The notes: a model not told the origin generated them from the letters alone. Shown: positions 10,216-19,976, counted from the stretch's first letter. The stretch: DNA of 64,000 nt from a virus (IMGVR_UViG_3300017991_000056:32001-96000), one strand, 5' to 3'. A program made the numbers and translations.

Positions 10216-11091
10216 ATGAGCACGAAGTATGTATACCCGGTCAGCGACACGGCCAATGACCTTGTTGATGTTGGTAGTCTGACGCAGGAGATTGCCGATT
10301 CGACGATTGCCATTGCGCTTGACTACATTGCCGTGGATGGTGTCGACGTGGACATCTGGTTCAAGGCGGCCATCTCGGGCGCGGAGGAGACGACGTTGGA
10401 CGGGATCGTGGCGGCTCACACGGGCGAGCCGTTGCCCGACGTGCAGGACGTCAGCATCGACAACTTCGGGACGCTGGAGGACCCTACCAAGAACATCCAG
10501 CGCGTGGTCGTCCAGCCGGGCCGCACCGGCTACTACATGTGCGACCGGGACGTGAAAGTCTGCACGTCGATGTACGCGGCGGCGGACGCTTTGGAGGACC
10601 TCAAGGTCATCGTGTCCGACAACACCCAGGAGCCGTGGGGGGAGTTCAGCCTGGTGGGGTGCTACAAGCTGTCCGAGGGGGCCTACGTCTCTTGCGACGA
10701 CCAGGACGACGCGAACGCCAACGCGGTCCTGTCGGTCTTCGACTTCCTCGTCGTCGACCAGACCACCGAGGAGGAGATCGAGTACGACTTCAAGGGCGGC
10801 TGCCTGTGGAGCGACGCCGCCCTTGAGGCTCCCGTGTGGGATCATCGCCTGTACGCCATGATGGCCCCGAACATCCCGCCGGCCAATGGGGGCGGCGTCC
10901 GCTTCTTCGACGGGTACCTCTACCCCTATCAGGGGAAGTGGCAGGAGTGCATCAGCAGCCTGTCGCTGAAGGTCGACCCGTCCGTCTCCGTCGAGGCGGC
11001 GAGGATCAGGTTCTGGATTTACTACCCGGCGGGCGCGAAGCAGACTCACGTCCTCCGGACCATCACCTACAGGCAGCCGGCGACGTTCTAG
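10216..11091 (+). CDS. Putative virion protein, paralogue of the C-terminal part of 1723..2613
   Basis: AGGAG RBS; internal similarity noted above. Confidence 0.7.
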   Translation: MSTKYVYPVSDTANDLVDVGSLTQEIADSTIAIALDYIAVDGVDVDIWFKAAISGAEETTLDGIVAAHTGEPLPDVQDVSIDNFGTLEDPTKNIQRVVVQPGRTGYYMCDRDVKVCTSMYAAADALEDLKVIVSDNTQEPWGEFSLVGCYKLSEGAYVSCDDQDDANANAVLSVFDFLVVDQTTEEEIEYDFKGGCLWSDAALEAPVWDHRLYAMMAPNIPPANGGGVRFFDGYLYPYQGKWQECISSLSLKVDPSVSVEAARIRFWIYYPAGAKQTHVLRTITYRQPATF

Positions 11092-11101
11092 GAGGCCTTC
11101 G

Positions 11102-11677
11102 ATGAAGAGGGTGTGGTTCAAGATACTCCGATTCTTCCTGGGCGCGTTCGGGAGCTTCCAGCTTCACTGGTGGCCGATGTGGTTCATGTGCGGCGACACC
11201 CACTACAAGGTAAAGGGGCCGGAGACGAGAGCCGTTCTCAGCAAGCTCAGGAGGGGCGACATCCTTCTTCGGAGGTATCGCAACTACATGACGAGCTGGT
11301 TCATTCCAGGATACTACACCCATGCGGCGATAATGGTGGACGACGAGACCGTCATCCATTCGGTGACACCCTGCGTGACGAGGGAGGACATCCTCACGTT
11401 CCTGCGGTGTGATGACGTTGCCGTTCTCCGTCCCAACGTCACTCCGGACGAGATTGACAAGGGTGTTGCAGAGGCGATCGGGATGCTTGGGAGGGACTAC
11501 GACTACTTTTTCGAGCCGGAGAACGACAAGCTGTATTGCAGCGAGGTGATTCTTCATTGTTATCCGATGCTGTTTCCTGGTCTGGAGAAGGTGGTTCTAC
11601 CTGAAGCCATTATGGGCTTGGATGTGGAGCTTATCCATGAGAGCTTAAAGTGGCGCAAGGAACAGTGCGAGGCGTAG
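11102..11677 (+). CDS. Permuted papain-like NlpC/P60 (YiiX/YebB-type) amidase
   Basis: GDILL...THAAI...YDY...LYCSE motifs, His before Cys. Confidence 0.8.
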   Translation: MKRVWFKILRFFLGAFGSFQLHWWPMWFMCGDTHYKVKGPETRAVLSKLRRGDILLRRYRNYMTSWFIPGYYTHAAIMVDDETVIHSVTPCVTREDILTFLRCDDVAVLRPNVTPDEIDKGVAEAIGMLGRDYDYFFEPENDKLYCSEVILHCYPMLFPGLEKVVLPEAIMGLDVELIHESLKWRKEQCEA

Positions 11678-11678
11678 C

Positions 11679-12038
11679 GTGCCGAATCCGGTCATATCGG
11701 ACCCGAACCCTTTCAATCTGACCTTCCCCTATCCCCTGATCGGGACGACGGTGAGGCCGACGGGGCACGGGTGCTCGTCCTGCGTTCACACGACCTACTG
11801 CCCGGCCCTCTACTGGTTCAGGCGGGGAGCGGACTCGAAGGGGTTCGTGGAGCAGCCGGTGGACGATGAGAACTTGGGTCGCGCGTGCGAGTCGTGGAGT
11901 GACGATCCGGCGCAGAAGGTCACGGCGGTGACGGCCGACGACCTGGCGGAGAACGAGTACATCTACAACCAGGGCATCGGCTCCGAGGCGAACAGGAACG
12001 GGATAACGGCGCCGGTGACGGGCAAGGCGGGATACTGA
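11679..12038 (+). CDS. Hypothetical Cys-containing protein
   Basis: CSSCVH..YC motif; GTG start in tightly packed operon. Confidence 0.65.
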   Translation: MPNPVISDPNPFNLTFPYPLIGTTVRPTGHGCSSCVHTTYCPALYWFRRGADSKGFVEQPVDDENLGRACESWSDDPAQKVTAVTADDLAENEYIYNQGIGSEANRNGITAPVTGKAGY

Positions 12039-12039
12039 C

Positions 12040-12447
12040 ATGCCGAGATCGTACCAGGAGGTGGTCGAGCGAGGGGTCCGACGGGCCCTCTGGCTCCAGG
12101 AGCAGGAGGCCAAGGCGCCGAGGAGGCGTCCGCGGAGGGTCGGCATGCGGCCGGCGACCGGCACGCTCTTCGCCATGAGGAACAAGCGCCTGGCGATCAG
12201 GGAGGCGGCCCTTCGCCTTTCCGAGATCGTCATCACCTACCGGAAGACGACGACCGGGGAGACCAAGAAGTACGTGGTGGCCCCGTACGAATGGAAATAT
12301 CGCCGACTGAGAGTCGGGCTGAGGAAGATGCTCTATGCTTATGACATGAGGGATAAGCATATCAAGTCCTTCGCGCAGAGAAACATTCGGAACGTTGCCA
12401 TAACCGACAGGAAGTTCAGACCGAAATGGCCGGTCAGAATAGCGTAG
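12040..12447 (+). CDS. Stand-alone WYL-domain-like protein
   Basis: ITYRK..GETKKYVVAPY...LYAYD...IKSF..RNI pattern resembles WYL fold. Confidence 0.6.
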   Translation: MPRSYQEVVERGVRRALWLQEQEAKAPRRRPRRVGMRPATGTLFAMRNKRLAIREAALRLSEIVITYRKTTTGETKKYVVAPYEWKYRRLRVGLRKMLYAYDMRDKHIKSFAQRNIRNVAITDRKFRPKWPVRIA

Positions 12448-12530
12448 GGGCTCTTGATGCCGGGGCGTGACTCGCCCCGGCCGGCATTGGCGGTCGGCTG
12501 GCTGGTCGAGATCGCCTGGGTGGTTGCTAC

Positions 12531-12560
12531 AATTCTTTGATATTCGCTCCTGTGAGTAGG
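12531..12560 (+). promoter_or_regulatory. Putative phage promoter motif, copy 2
   Basis: AATTCTTTGATA-N13-GTAGG. Confidence 0.55.
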
Positions 12561-12569
12561 AGGATTGAC

Positions 12570-14207
12570 ATGCGAACAAGACGCGGCGCGAGCTATTGGC
12601 CGGGACCCCTCGGCAACATGATCGACCAGTTCCGGCCCGGGGACATCGTCGACTCCATCGTCACGGGGTCGTCGGACCTCTGGGGGGTCGTCGTGAGCGT
12701 GGACCGGAAGTGCAACAAGGTCGTCGTCGCCTGGGCCGGGGGCTCCGAGGTCCAGCACGACCCCGACGAGATCCAGCCCGCCCTCCTCGTGGGCGAGGAG
12801 CTCAAGGAGAGGATGAGGACGATCGCGACCAGGGACTCCAGGCTGGCGAGCAGGCGCGCGAAGGTCGCCGATCCCGGCGACGCGTTCCCGGCGCCGTCTC
12901 CGCTCAGGAGCCGCAGGGACCTCGGGGCCGGTCCGGTGAATGCCGCGATGTCGGGTGAGAGTTTCGCCAGGTTCAGGAAGATAAGGAACAACGGCAAGCT
13001 GATCGGCCACGGGAAGTTCAAGAACGAGTTCGAGCTTGACGACTACTACCTTCATGACGGGAACGTCTGGAGGGTGACGAATCGGAGCGTCGTCAATCAG
13101 GGGAGCCCGGCCGATTTCGAGAAGAAGGGCATCAAGCTCAAGAAGGCCGCGGTCAGCATCGGCGAGCCGCAGGCGGACGACCCGCAGTACGTCGGCGACC
13201 CGAAGACGCACGGCCTCGACGCCCCCCGGGGCGGTGGCTTCTCCATCATGCAGAACCTCCAGAAGGACCTGCACGAGGAGTCGTACGAGGAGAGCGGCGC
13301 CGACGGGAGGGTGGGCTCCAGGCGTGCCTCGCTCGGCCTGGCGGGAAGGTCGACGCACGTCCACTGGGGGCGTCGCGGAGGCTCCGACGGGAAGACGTTC
13401 GGGAGCGGGGCCGAGGCGACCTACTCGTTCGAGGACGGCGACAAGAAGCTCCGCGTCTATGTCGGCAAGGACATCGCGAGCGTCGACGACAGCCCCGACC
13501 GGACGGTGGGCGTCGCGAGCTTCGCGGAGGCCATGGACGCCTCCGAGGACATCGAGCGGGACCTCCAGAGCGGCCGCGTGGCCAGGATGCTGACGGCCAA
13601 GAAGAAGACGCTCCGGACGACGGTCGAGGACAACAACGGCCAGACCTTCGTGGCGACGCTGGAGTCGGGAGTGAAGGGTGGCGTCATCCTCCGGCTCCGG
13701 GAGAAGACCGGGGCGACTGGCGGGACCTGGACGTGGCGCGTTTCCACCCTCATGGGGCTGGACGGCTGGAGCGATCCGGTCGGCGACAAGCTCGCCCTCG
13801 ACGCCGGGAGGGGTTGGTACGTGACCGGCATGAGCCGCGTCATGGACGAGGTCGAGAAGTCCGTCAGGATGGAGCCGGTCCTGGCTTCCAGGCGCGACCG
13901 GAAGGCGATGTACTGGTGCTCCCCGGAGCGGACCTACCGCCTGACGAAGGGCGACCAGGAGACCGGCGCGGCCAGGTGTCCGTCGTGTGGCGGGGAGATG
14001 GCCGTCGAGCCCTACACCAGGAGCGAGAAGATGTGGCGCTGCGGCGACTGCGGCTTCAAGGTGCCGTCGGGCAAGGCCGTGACCAGGAAGGTCGAGATCG
14101 AGATTGAGCCGTCTGGCGAGATGGAGGTCGAGGTCGTGGCCTCCCTGAGGTCCAGGCGCTCGGTCGCGAAGGCGGCGAAGAAGGAGCTCAAGAAGAGACT
14201 CGGGTAG
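12570..14207 (+). CDS. Large modular hypothetical protein with C-terminal Zn ribbon (CPSC..CGDC); probable internal head polyprotein
   Basis: AGGAGG RBS before ATG 12570; basic xA[SR] linkers between modules. Confidence 0.7.
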   Translation: MRTRRGASYWPGPLGNMIDQFRPGDIVDSIVTGSSDLWGVVVSVDRKCNKVVVAWAGGSEVQHDPDEIQPALLVGEELKERMRTIATRDSRLASRRAKVADPGDAFPAPSPLRSRRDLGAGPVNAAMSGESFARFRKIRNNGKLIGHGKFKNEFELDDYYLHDGNVWRVTNRSVVNQGSPADFEKKGIKLKKAAVSIGEPQADDPQYVGDPKTHGLDAPRGGGFSIMQNLQKDLHEESYEESGADGRVGSRRASLGLAGRSTHVHWGRRGGSDGKTFGSGAEATYSFEDGDKKLRVYVGKDIASVDDSPDRTVGVASFAEAMDASEDIERDLQSGRVARMLTAKKKTLRTTVEDNNGQTFVATLESGVKGGVILRLREKTGATGGTWTWRVSTLMGLDGWSDPVGDKLALDAGRGWYVTGMSRVMDEVEKSVRMEPVLASRRDRKAMYWCSPERTYRLTKGDQETGAARCPSCGGEMAVEPYTRSEKMWRCGDCGFKVPSGKAVTRKVEIEIEPSGEMEVEVVASLRSRRSVAKAAKKELKKRLG

Positions 14208-14257
14208 GATCGAAGGCCGGGACGGAGACGAGTCCGGCTTGAACAGGAGGTAGAGAG

Positions 14258-14497
14258 ATGTACAGCAAGGCGTATCAGACGGTGACGGCCGGACGCGTCC
14301 GAGAAGACGAGGCGATCGCCTTCTTCGGCGACAACAAGGTGGCGACTCCGGCGCGGGTCACGAGCTTCAGTCCGCAGGGCGGCAGCCCGACCCCGCACCT
14401 CGAGATCGACCCGCTGAACCATGAGGGCGTGGGCAAGCCGGGCACCGAGTCCGACGTGATCGACGCCTACGTGAATCCGCCCTGCAACTTGTCGTAG
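14258..14497 (+). CDS. Small hypothetical protein
   Basis: AGGAGG RBS, ATG. Confidence 0.7.
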   Translation: MYSKAYQTVTAGRVREDEAIAFFGDNKVATPARVTSFSPQGGSPTPHLEIDPLNHEGVGKPGTESDVIDAYVNPPCNLS

Positions 14498-14518
14498 GCG
14501 GTTCCGCGGAGCTTGGGT

Positions 14519-14548
14519 GCCGGCGCGGTTTTCCGCGCCGGGACTTTT
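14519..14548 (+). terminator. Probable intrinsic terminator
   Basis: ccggcgcgg-tttt-ccgcgccgg hairpin then cttttc. Confidence 0.5.
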
Positions 14549-14596
14549 CGCATTCGGGCCTGACGGGTCTGGCAATATTACAACAGGAGGTCCGGC

Positions 14597-14965
14597 GTGA
14601 CGGTGCACGGGATCAACAACGGGCAGTACGCGAGATGGGTCACGGTGGTCGGCAGGACGATGAGGATGAACCCTCTGGTCGAGGGCTCCCTGGAGGAGCT
14701 GGCGGCGAGGTCCTTCATCGCCTTCATGTACAAGGAGCGGCCATGGCTCCGGGGCAGGCTCCACAGCAACTCGGAGCGGCTCCAGGGCCTGGTGCGGGCG
14801 GACAACCCGCAGGCCTACGGCAAGAACGTCGAGGTCGTCGGGCGGGACATCCTGAGGGTGCCGATCCGCGACGAGGCGGAGAAGGCGCAGGTGGACACGC
14901 TGCTGGCGGCGACCGGGGGCAGGATGCACGGAGGCGGTCCGGAGTTCGTCGAGCGACTGGCATGA
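14597..14965 (+). CDS. Hypothetical protein
   Basis: AGGAGG RBS, GTG start. Confidence 0.7.
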   Translation: MTVHGINNGQYARWVTVVGRTMRMNPLVEGSLEELAARSFIAFMYKERPWLRGRLHSNSERLQGLVRADNPQAYGKNVEVVGRDILRVPIRDEAEKAQVDTLLAATGGRMHGGGPEFVERLA

Positions 14966-14975
14966 GGAGGTGGAC

Positions 14976-15203
14976 ATGGACGGCAAGATGATCGCGAGCG
15001 AGCTTCTCCTGGCGGCGAGGGACCTGGTCGGCGGCAAGGACGACAAGTGCGGCGAGAAGGGCTGCATCCGGCAGGTCGACGGGAAGTGGCGCGTGATGTC
15101 GGGCAAGACCGGCAAGCTGTGGCCCGCAAAGTACGACTCCGAGGGGTCCGCCAAGGACGCCCTGGACGCGTGGCACGCCAGCAGGTTCAAGGGAGCCAAG
15201 TGA
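14976..15203 (+). CDS. Small protein with helix tag (IASELLLAARDLVG)
   Basis: GAGGAGG RBS; tag motif. Confidence 0.75.
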   Translation: MDGKMIASELLLAARDLVGGKDDKCGEKGCIRQVDGKWRVMSGKTGKLWPAKYDSEGSAKDALDAWHASRFKGAK

Positions 15204-17464
15204 TGGACTCCAGAAGGTGCACGTCCGAGAGCTGCCAGGTCGCCGCGGCCAGGATGGCCCGGTTCGACGTCCCGGTTGCCTCCGTCCTGTTCGACCCGCA
15301 GGTCGAGTGGGCCAGGACGGCCTACGGCGGCGGCCGACGGGTGGCCAGGGCCATCGAGGTCGACTGGGACGAGTTCAACAGGGACGACTACCTTTTCAGC
15401 CATTGCACCATCGTCTCGTCCGTCCAGGTCGAGACCGACGAGTCCAAGCCCGGGGCCGGCTACTACATCGACCCGGTCTGTTCGGGCCTCGTGAACAACA
15501 ACGGCAATGCCTGGACCGACCCGGTCCTGCTGGCGACCTTCGGGACCTTCAGGGGCGCCCAGAACTACCTGGAGCACGTTCAGATACCGGAGCTGTCGAA
15601 GGGCAGGATACTGGACGCGGTCGTCAGGCCGGTCAGGTACAAGGACGACGAGGGGCGCGAGGCCAGTGTGAGCTACGTGGACATCCTGGTGGCGACCAGC
15701 AAGCGCCACGGCGGCCTCGTGGGCAAGATTGCCAGCGGCGAGATGAACGCGATGAGCATGGGGTGCTTCATGTCCGGCACGAGGGTGTTGATGGCTGATG
15801 GGACCACAAAGGCCATTGAAGATGTGATGGTTGGGGAGCGGGTTCGCACGCATAGCGGAGCTTCAGCCGAGGTCGAGTCGTGCAGGGTAAGATTTACGTC
15901 CGATGGCGAGACGAGACGCCTCGGGGTGAGCGGTGTGCCAGACACCTTCGTGACGGGAGAACATCCCTACTGGACGCTTACGGGCCATGATCGTTGTCCG
16001 GGATGTGGTGGCGATCTTCCGAAGAAGAGGGCTATTGCGAGCAACGGGTTGTCTGCCTTGGATAAGAAATCGTGGTGCTCTCATTCGTGTATGCAGTCCA
16101 ATTTCAACTCGTACTCGCCAGCGATGCAGGAGGTTGCGGTGTTGGTCGAGCAGGAGGTGAAGTTTGACTGGGTGAAAACAGAGGACCTTTTGGTGGGGGA
16201 TTACGTGGCGGTGCCGCTGGGGAGGCCAAAGGCCGAAAGGTCGTGTCTCGACAAGGCAAGGTGTCAGATACTTGGGTTCTATGCGGCGGAGGGGAACATC
16301 CAGAGAGACGCGAACGGCCTGGCGAGAGCGACGGAGTTCACTTTCGGGCTCGGCGAGTCGGTCGTGGAGGATTTGATCTCGGCTCTTCGCGATTGTGGGG
16401 TTGCGGATGAGGCGGTTTATCGCCAGGATAGGAAAAGGGATACCGGGGACAGCACTCGCGTTGTGGTTCATGATGCCGGGCTTGCCCTCTGGCTCCTAGA
16501 GTCCTGCGGGGAGCATTGTGATGGAAAGGTTCTGGCTCCGTGGGTGATGGGGCTTGACGACAATAGTCTCTTGGTGATTCTTGGAGCTTACATCGACGGA
16601 GACGGTCATTGTCGAAAGGACTCGGCAAGGTTTTCGACCTCGTCGTGCAGTAGGCGTCTCTCCGAGCAGGTCTGGAGCATGATGACGGCGCTCGGTATTC
16701 CGGCCTCTTTCAACGGGCCTTACGAGAAGGATGGGCGCAGGCCGTATTGGATGGTTGTGTCGCGGAAGGGCCATGCGTCGCGTTTGGAGGGTCGTTGTCG
16801 AAAGTATCGAAAGCAGCGAGCTGGTAGAGATCGCATCTCGTCTTTCCATGGGCACATGTTGAGGCGCGTGACCACCAACGAGCGCCTGGCAGGTTGCTAT
16901 CCGGTCTACAACATGCACGTGGTCAACGACCGTGGAGACCATTCCTACGTCGCGAACTGGAATGCGGTTCACAACTGCCTGGCTCATAAAATCCAGTGCT
17001 CCAAGTGCGGGGTGATCCTGGCCGACGAGGACCCCAACTGCGTCTGCATCGAGAGCGAGCTCATGCGCCCGTTCGTGGACGAGAACGGGGTGCGCAGGAT
17101 GACGGCCGAGCTGTGCGGCGTGTGCCTCTACGACCAGAACACCGGCAAGCTGGCCCGGGACGAGAACGGGAACCTGGTCGGCGATCCGAAGAGCCTGGAC
17201 TTCATCGAGGCGTCCTGGGTCGGGAGGCCGGCGTTCGGCGGGGCGGTCCTCAACCACTTCCTGTCCGACGTTCCGATGTCCGCGGCCAAGGTGCTGCGGA
17301 TGGACGCCCCGGACCTGGAGCTGGTGGCGAACGACATCTTCAGGATGCGCGTGGCGGACGCCGCGGGCATGATGGTTCTGAGGGTCGCGCGCGCGGAGAT
17401 GATCCGGCGCCGGCGGATGGAAATGGCCATGCGCGTGGCCCGGGGTTTCTGGAGGTTCGACTGA
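15203..17464 (+). CDS. Prohead (capsid maturation) serine protease containing an intein
   Basis: LEH...GRILDA...VDILVA...KIASG...SMG motifs, CSKCG zinc site, EASWV; located upstream of scaffold and capsid genes. Confidence 0.75.
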   Translation: MDSRRCTSESCQVAAARMARFDVPVASVLFDPQVEWARTAYGGGRRVARAIEVDWDEFNRDDYLFSHCTIVSSVQVETDESKPGAGYYIDPVCSGLVNNNGNAWTDPVLLATFGTFRGAQNYLEHVQIPELSKGRILDAVVRPVRYKDDEGREASVSYVDILVATSKRHGGLVGKIASGEMNAMSMGCFMSGTRVLMADGTTKAIEDVMVGERVRTHSGASAEVESCRVRFTSDGETRRLGVSGVPDTFVTGEHPYWTLTGHDRCPGCGGDLPKKRAIASNGLSALDKKSWCSHSCMQSNFNSYSPAMQEVAVLVEQEVKFDWVKTEDLLVGDYVAVPLGRPKAERSCLDKARCQILGFYAAEGNIQRDANGLARATEFTFGLGESVVEDLISALRDCGVADEAVYRQDRKRDTGDSTRVVVHDAGLALWLLESCGEHCDGKVLAPWVMGLDDNSLLVILGAYIDGDGHCRKDSARFSTSSCSRRLSEQVWSMMTALGIPASFNGPYEKDGRRPYWMVVSRKGHASRLEGRCRKYRKQRAGRDRISSFHGHMLRRVTTNERLAGCYPVYNMHVVNDRGDHSYVANWNAVHNCLAHKIQCSKCGVILADEDPNCVCIESELMRPFVDENGVRRMTAELCGVCLYDQNTGKLARDENGNLVGDPKSLDFIEASWVGRPAFGGAVLNHFLSDVPMSAAKVLRMDAPDLELVANDIFRMRVADAAGMMVLRVARAEMIRRRRMEMAMRVARGFWRFD
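15764..16975 (+). mobile_element. Intein (404 aa) with LAGLIDADG homing endonuclease
   Basis: N-terminus CFMSGTRVLMADG, block B TGEHP, ILGFYAAEG and ILGAYIDGDG, C-terminus HSYVANWNAVHN|C; lower GC. Confidence 0.95.
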
Positions 17465-17484
17465 CCAAGAAGGAGGATGACAGG

Positions 17485-17811
17485 ATGAGACGCAGGATGA
17501 CGAGCAGGAAAAGGACGGCGAGCGAGCCGAGGAGCATTCTCGCCGAGATCAGGGATGTCGAGAGGATGATCGAGGCCGTCGACGACGAGGAGCTGGCCAA
17601 GGACGCCCAGGGCCTGGCGAACGAGGACGAGGAGATCGTCAAGGAGTCGACGCCGGCGGACGTGGACGTGCCGTCCGGGGACATCCTCGACGAGAACGCC
17701 AAGGCGATGGACAACTGGCCGACCACGGCCCGACGGAAGTTCGCGGCCCGCCTCCTGAGGATCGCCGACATGATTCTCGCCGAGGAGGAAGAGGAGGAAT
17801 GCGGCGACTGA
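17485..17811 (+). CDS. Acidic head-morphogenesis (core/scaffold-like) protein
   Basis: AGGAGG RBS; between protease and capsid; FAARLLRIADMILA helix. Confidence 0.65.
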   Translation: MRRRMTSRKRTASEPRSILAEIRDVERMIEAVDDEELAKDAQGLANEDEEIVKESTPADVDVPSGDILDENAKAMDNWPTTARRKFAARLLRIADMILAEEEEEECGD

Positions 17812-17828
17812 CGGGTCGGAAGTGTAAC

Positions 17829-17857
17829 AATTCTTTTATATTCGCCTCATTTGATGA
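17829..17857 (+). promoter_or_regulatory. Putative phage promoter motif, copy 3 (capsid operon)
   Basis: AATTCTTTTATA. Confidence 0.55.
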
Positions 17858-17914
17858 GAGCGGTGCGTCCGCAGGATGGAATGAAGAGATGTGGTTGAGC
17901 AATAGGAGAGTCCA

Positions 17915-18460
17915 ATGAGCAAGGCTGTGATTGCAACCCTTCGAGGGGAAATCCGGGAGCTCGAACGGACGCTCTCCGGTCCTACTCGGAAGGCTTCTCG
18001 GGAACCTCGCCGGCGCGTGAGCGCAAGGGACAAGGTGATGGCCGAGATCAGGGACATGGAGGAGCGTCTCGGGTGCACGTACATGGAGGACGACGTGGAG
18101 GAGGAAGCCTTTCCCCTCATGGGTGTTGACGAGCTCGAGATGGCTCCCGCGTGCGGCGACCCGATGACGGCCTCCGAGACGGAGTCCGGAGTCGAGGACG
18201 AGATCACCCAGGACTACCTCTCCGACGTCGAGGACGAGGAGCACGGCACGGAGTTGGCGACCGATCCGACGACGCTGGCCGTCGGCGAGAAGGTCGGCGA
18301 CGGTTCCAAGCCCATGTTGGCGCGGTGGAAGAGGGCCTCGGCTCGTCTCGACCGCGTGTCTGACTATCTGGAGAAACACGGACAGGAGCGGCTCGCCCTG
18401 CGTATCGACCAGATCGCGGATCGCGTCGACGCCGCCATCAAAGAAGAGGAGGGCGAGTAG
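17915..18460 (+). CDS. Acidic scaffold/core-like protein
   Basis: AGGAG RBS; MAEIRDMEERL resembles LAEIRDVERMI of 17485. Confidence 0.7.
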   Translation: MSKAVIATLRGEIRELERTLSGPTRKASREPRRRVSARDKVMAEIRDMEERLGCTYMEDDVEEEAFPLMGVDELEMAPACGDPMTASETESGVEDEITQDYLSDVEDEEHGTELATDPTTLAVGEKVGDGSKPMLARWKRASARLDRVSDYLEKHGQERLALRIDQIADRVDAAIKEEEGE

Positions 18461-18462
18461 TC

Positions 18463-19467
18463 ATGGCAAAGAGAGTACGACTCACCCAGAGGCAGGCGCG
18501 GAGCAAGCGTGCGGTCGAGGACGGCATTCCCTATCCGGGGACGGTGAACCAGCCCGACAGGCAATTCAAGCGTCGCGACGAGTATGACAACTGGCAGGAG
18601 GTGGTCAACCACCCGCTGCCGGACATGAGGCACGACTGGAACTCCGACGAGCGCGACGACATCGGCTTCGGCATTCCAGAGGCCTGGGGCACGTCTCCGA
18701 CGACGGCCTCCGTGAAGGTCGGAGCCCACAAGGCGGTTCGCCTGGCGGTCCTGCTGCTCGGCGAGAAGACCCCAGAGGAAGTCGTCGAGGCGCAGGCCAT
18801 GGACTTCATGATGCTGGGGCCCGAGATCATGGACAAGACCCTGGAGCGCTACGCCGAGACGGCCAAGCTCTACCAGGCGTCCGAAGAGGACGAGGAGGCC
18901 ACCGAGGCCTCCGAGAAACCCAAGACCGCCAAGGCCGAGCCCAAGAAGGCCCAGGACGAAGAAGAGGAGGACGAGGAGGTCGTCGAGGAGGCCACCGAGG
19001 CTTCCGAGAAGCCCAAGACCGCCAAGGCCGAGCCCAAGAAGGCCCAGGACGAAGAAGAGGAGGACGAGGAGGCCACCGAGGCTTCCGAGAAGCCCAAGAC
19101 CGCCAAGGCCGAGCCCAAGAAGGCCCAGGACGAAGAAGAAGAGGACGAGGAGGTCGTCGAGGAGACCACCGAGGCGTCCGACGTCATGCCGAAGAAGCGG
19201 CTTGGCGAGTTCGACATCGAGCTCACGGGCTCGATTGACGGAGAAGACGACGTTGATCCGAAGACGGCCCGGGAACTGGGCGAGGCGCTCTTCGGGTCCG
19301 ACGACGTCGAGCCGGACCTCCCGCAGGTGCGGGAGGCGTCCGAAAAGAAGGGGATCGTGAAACTGGGCGGGCAGCCTCGTGTTGCCAGCGCCGGTGGAGC
19401 CGCTCCCGGTATTGGTGACATCTGGGGCAACCTCGACGCCCCCGACGTCAGCGCAGTGTTCAACTAG
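18463..19467 (+). CDS. Putative capsid scaffolding protein with E/K-rich repeats
   Basis: Position before decoration and MCP genes; highly charged; C-terminal DVSAVF. Confidence 0.65.
   Translation: MAKRVRLTQRQARSKRAVEDGIPYPGTVNQPDRQFKRRDEYDNWQEVVNHPLPDMRHDWNSDERDDIGFGIPEAWGTSPTTASVKVGAHKAVRLAVLLLGEKTPEEVVEAQAMDFMMLGPEIMDKTLERYAETAKLYQASEEDEEATEASEKPKTAKAEPKKAQDEEEEDEEVVEEATEASEKPKTAKAEPKKAQDEEEEDEEATEASEKPKTAKAEPKKAQDEEEEDEEVVEETTEASDVMPKKRLGEFDIELTGSIDGEDDVDPKTARELGEALFGSDDVEPDLPQVREASEKKGIVKLGGQPRVASAGGAAPGIGDIWGNLDAPDVSAVFN
18892..19179 (+). repeat. Three near-identical ~81-93 bp in-frame tandem repeats (EEATEASEKPKTAKAEPKKAQDEEEED)
   Basis: Visible in DNA and protein. Confidence 0.9.
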
Positions 19468-19481
19468 AGGAGGATTGAGAC

Positions 19482-19976
19482 ATGGCATTGACTATTCTCA
19501 TCCGCGGGCAGCTCAACGCGATTCCGGTGCTGAGTGACGAGTGCTTCACGAAGCAGAACTACGGAGTCAACACCAACACCACCCTGTCGGTCAACACGCC
19601 CCGCGGCGTGCTCGGCGGCAGCGTGGCCGGCGTCAGCGCGGGTCTGGACTACACGGCGGTCCCCTGCACCGACGAGCTTCGGCCGATCGGGCTTTTCGTC
19701 AACGACGCGGCTGGCGCGGCGTTCGAGAACGCCCCGGCCGTGGCGTCCGGCAAGGTTACCGTGATGAAGGCCCAGGCCTCGGTCGAGGTCGACGTCTACG
19801 AGACCAGGAACGCGGCCGGCCTGGCGGACCTCACCTACTCGGTGGGCGACCTGCTGTACTGCTCGGCGCAGGGCTTCCTGACGAACGAGACCAGCTCCGA
19901 GGGCACGGTTATCGGGGTGTGCACGAAGGCACCGTCCACCGCGTCGCCGACGTTGGGACTTGACGAGCGCATCTGA
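19482..19976 (+). CDS. Capsid decoration/cement protein
   Basis: Immediately upstream of MCP; PIGLF...GKVTV...VGDLLY...IG pattern. Confidence 0.7.
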   Translation: MALTILIRGQLNAIPVLSDECFTKQNYGVNTNTTLSVNTPRGVLGGSVAGVSAGLDYTAVPCTDELRPIGLFVNDAAGAAFENAPAVASGKVTVMKAQASVEVDVYETRNAAGLADLTYSVGDLLYCSAQGFLTNETSSEGTVIGVCTKAPSTASPTLGLDERI

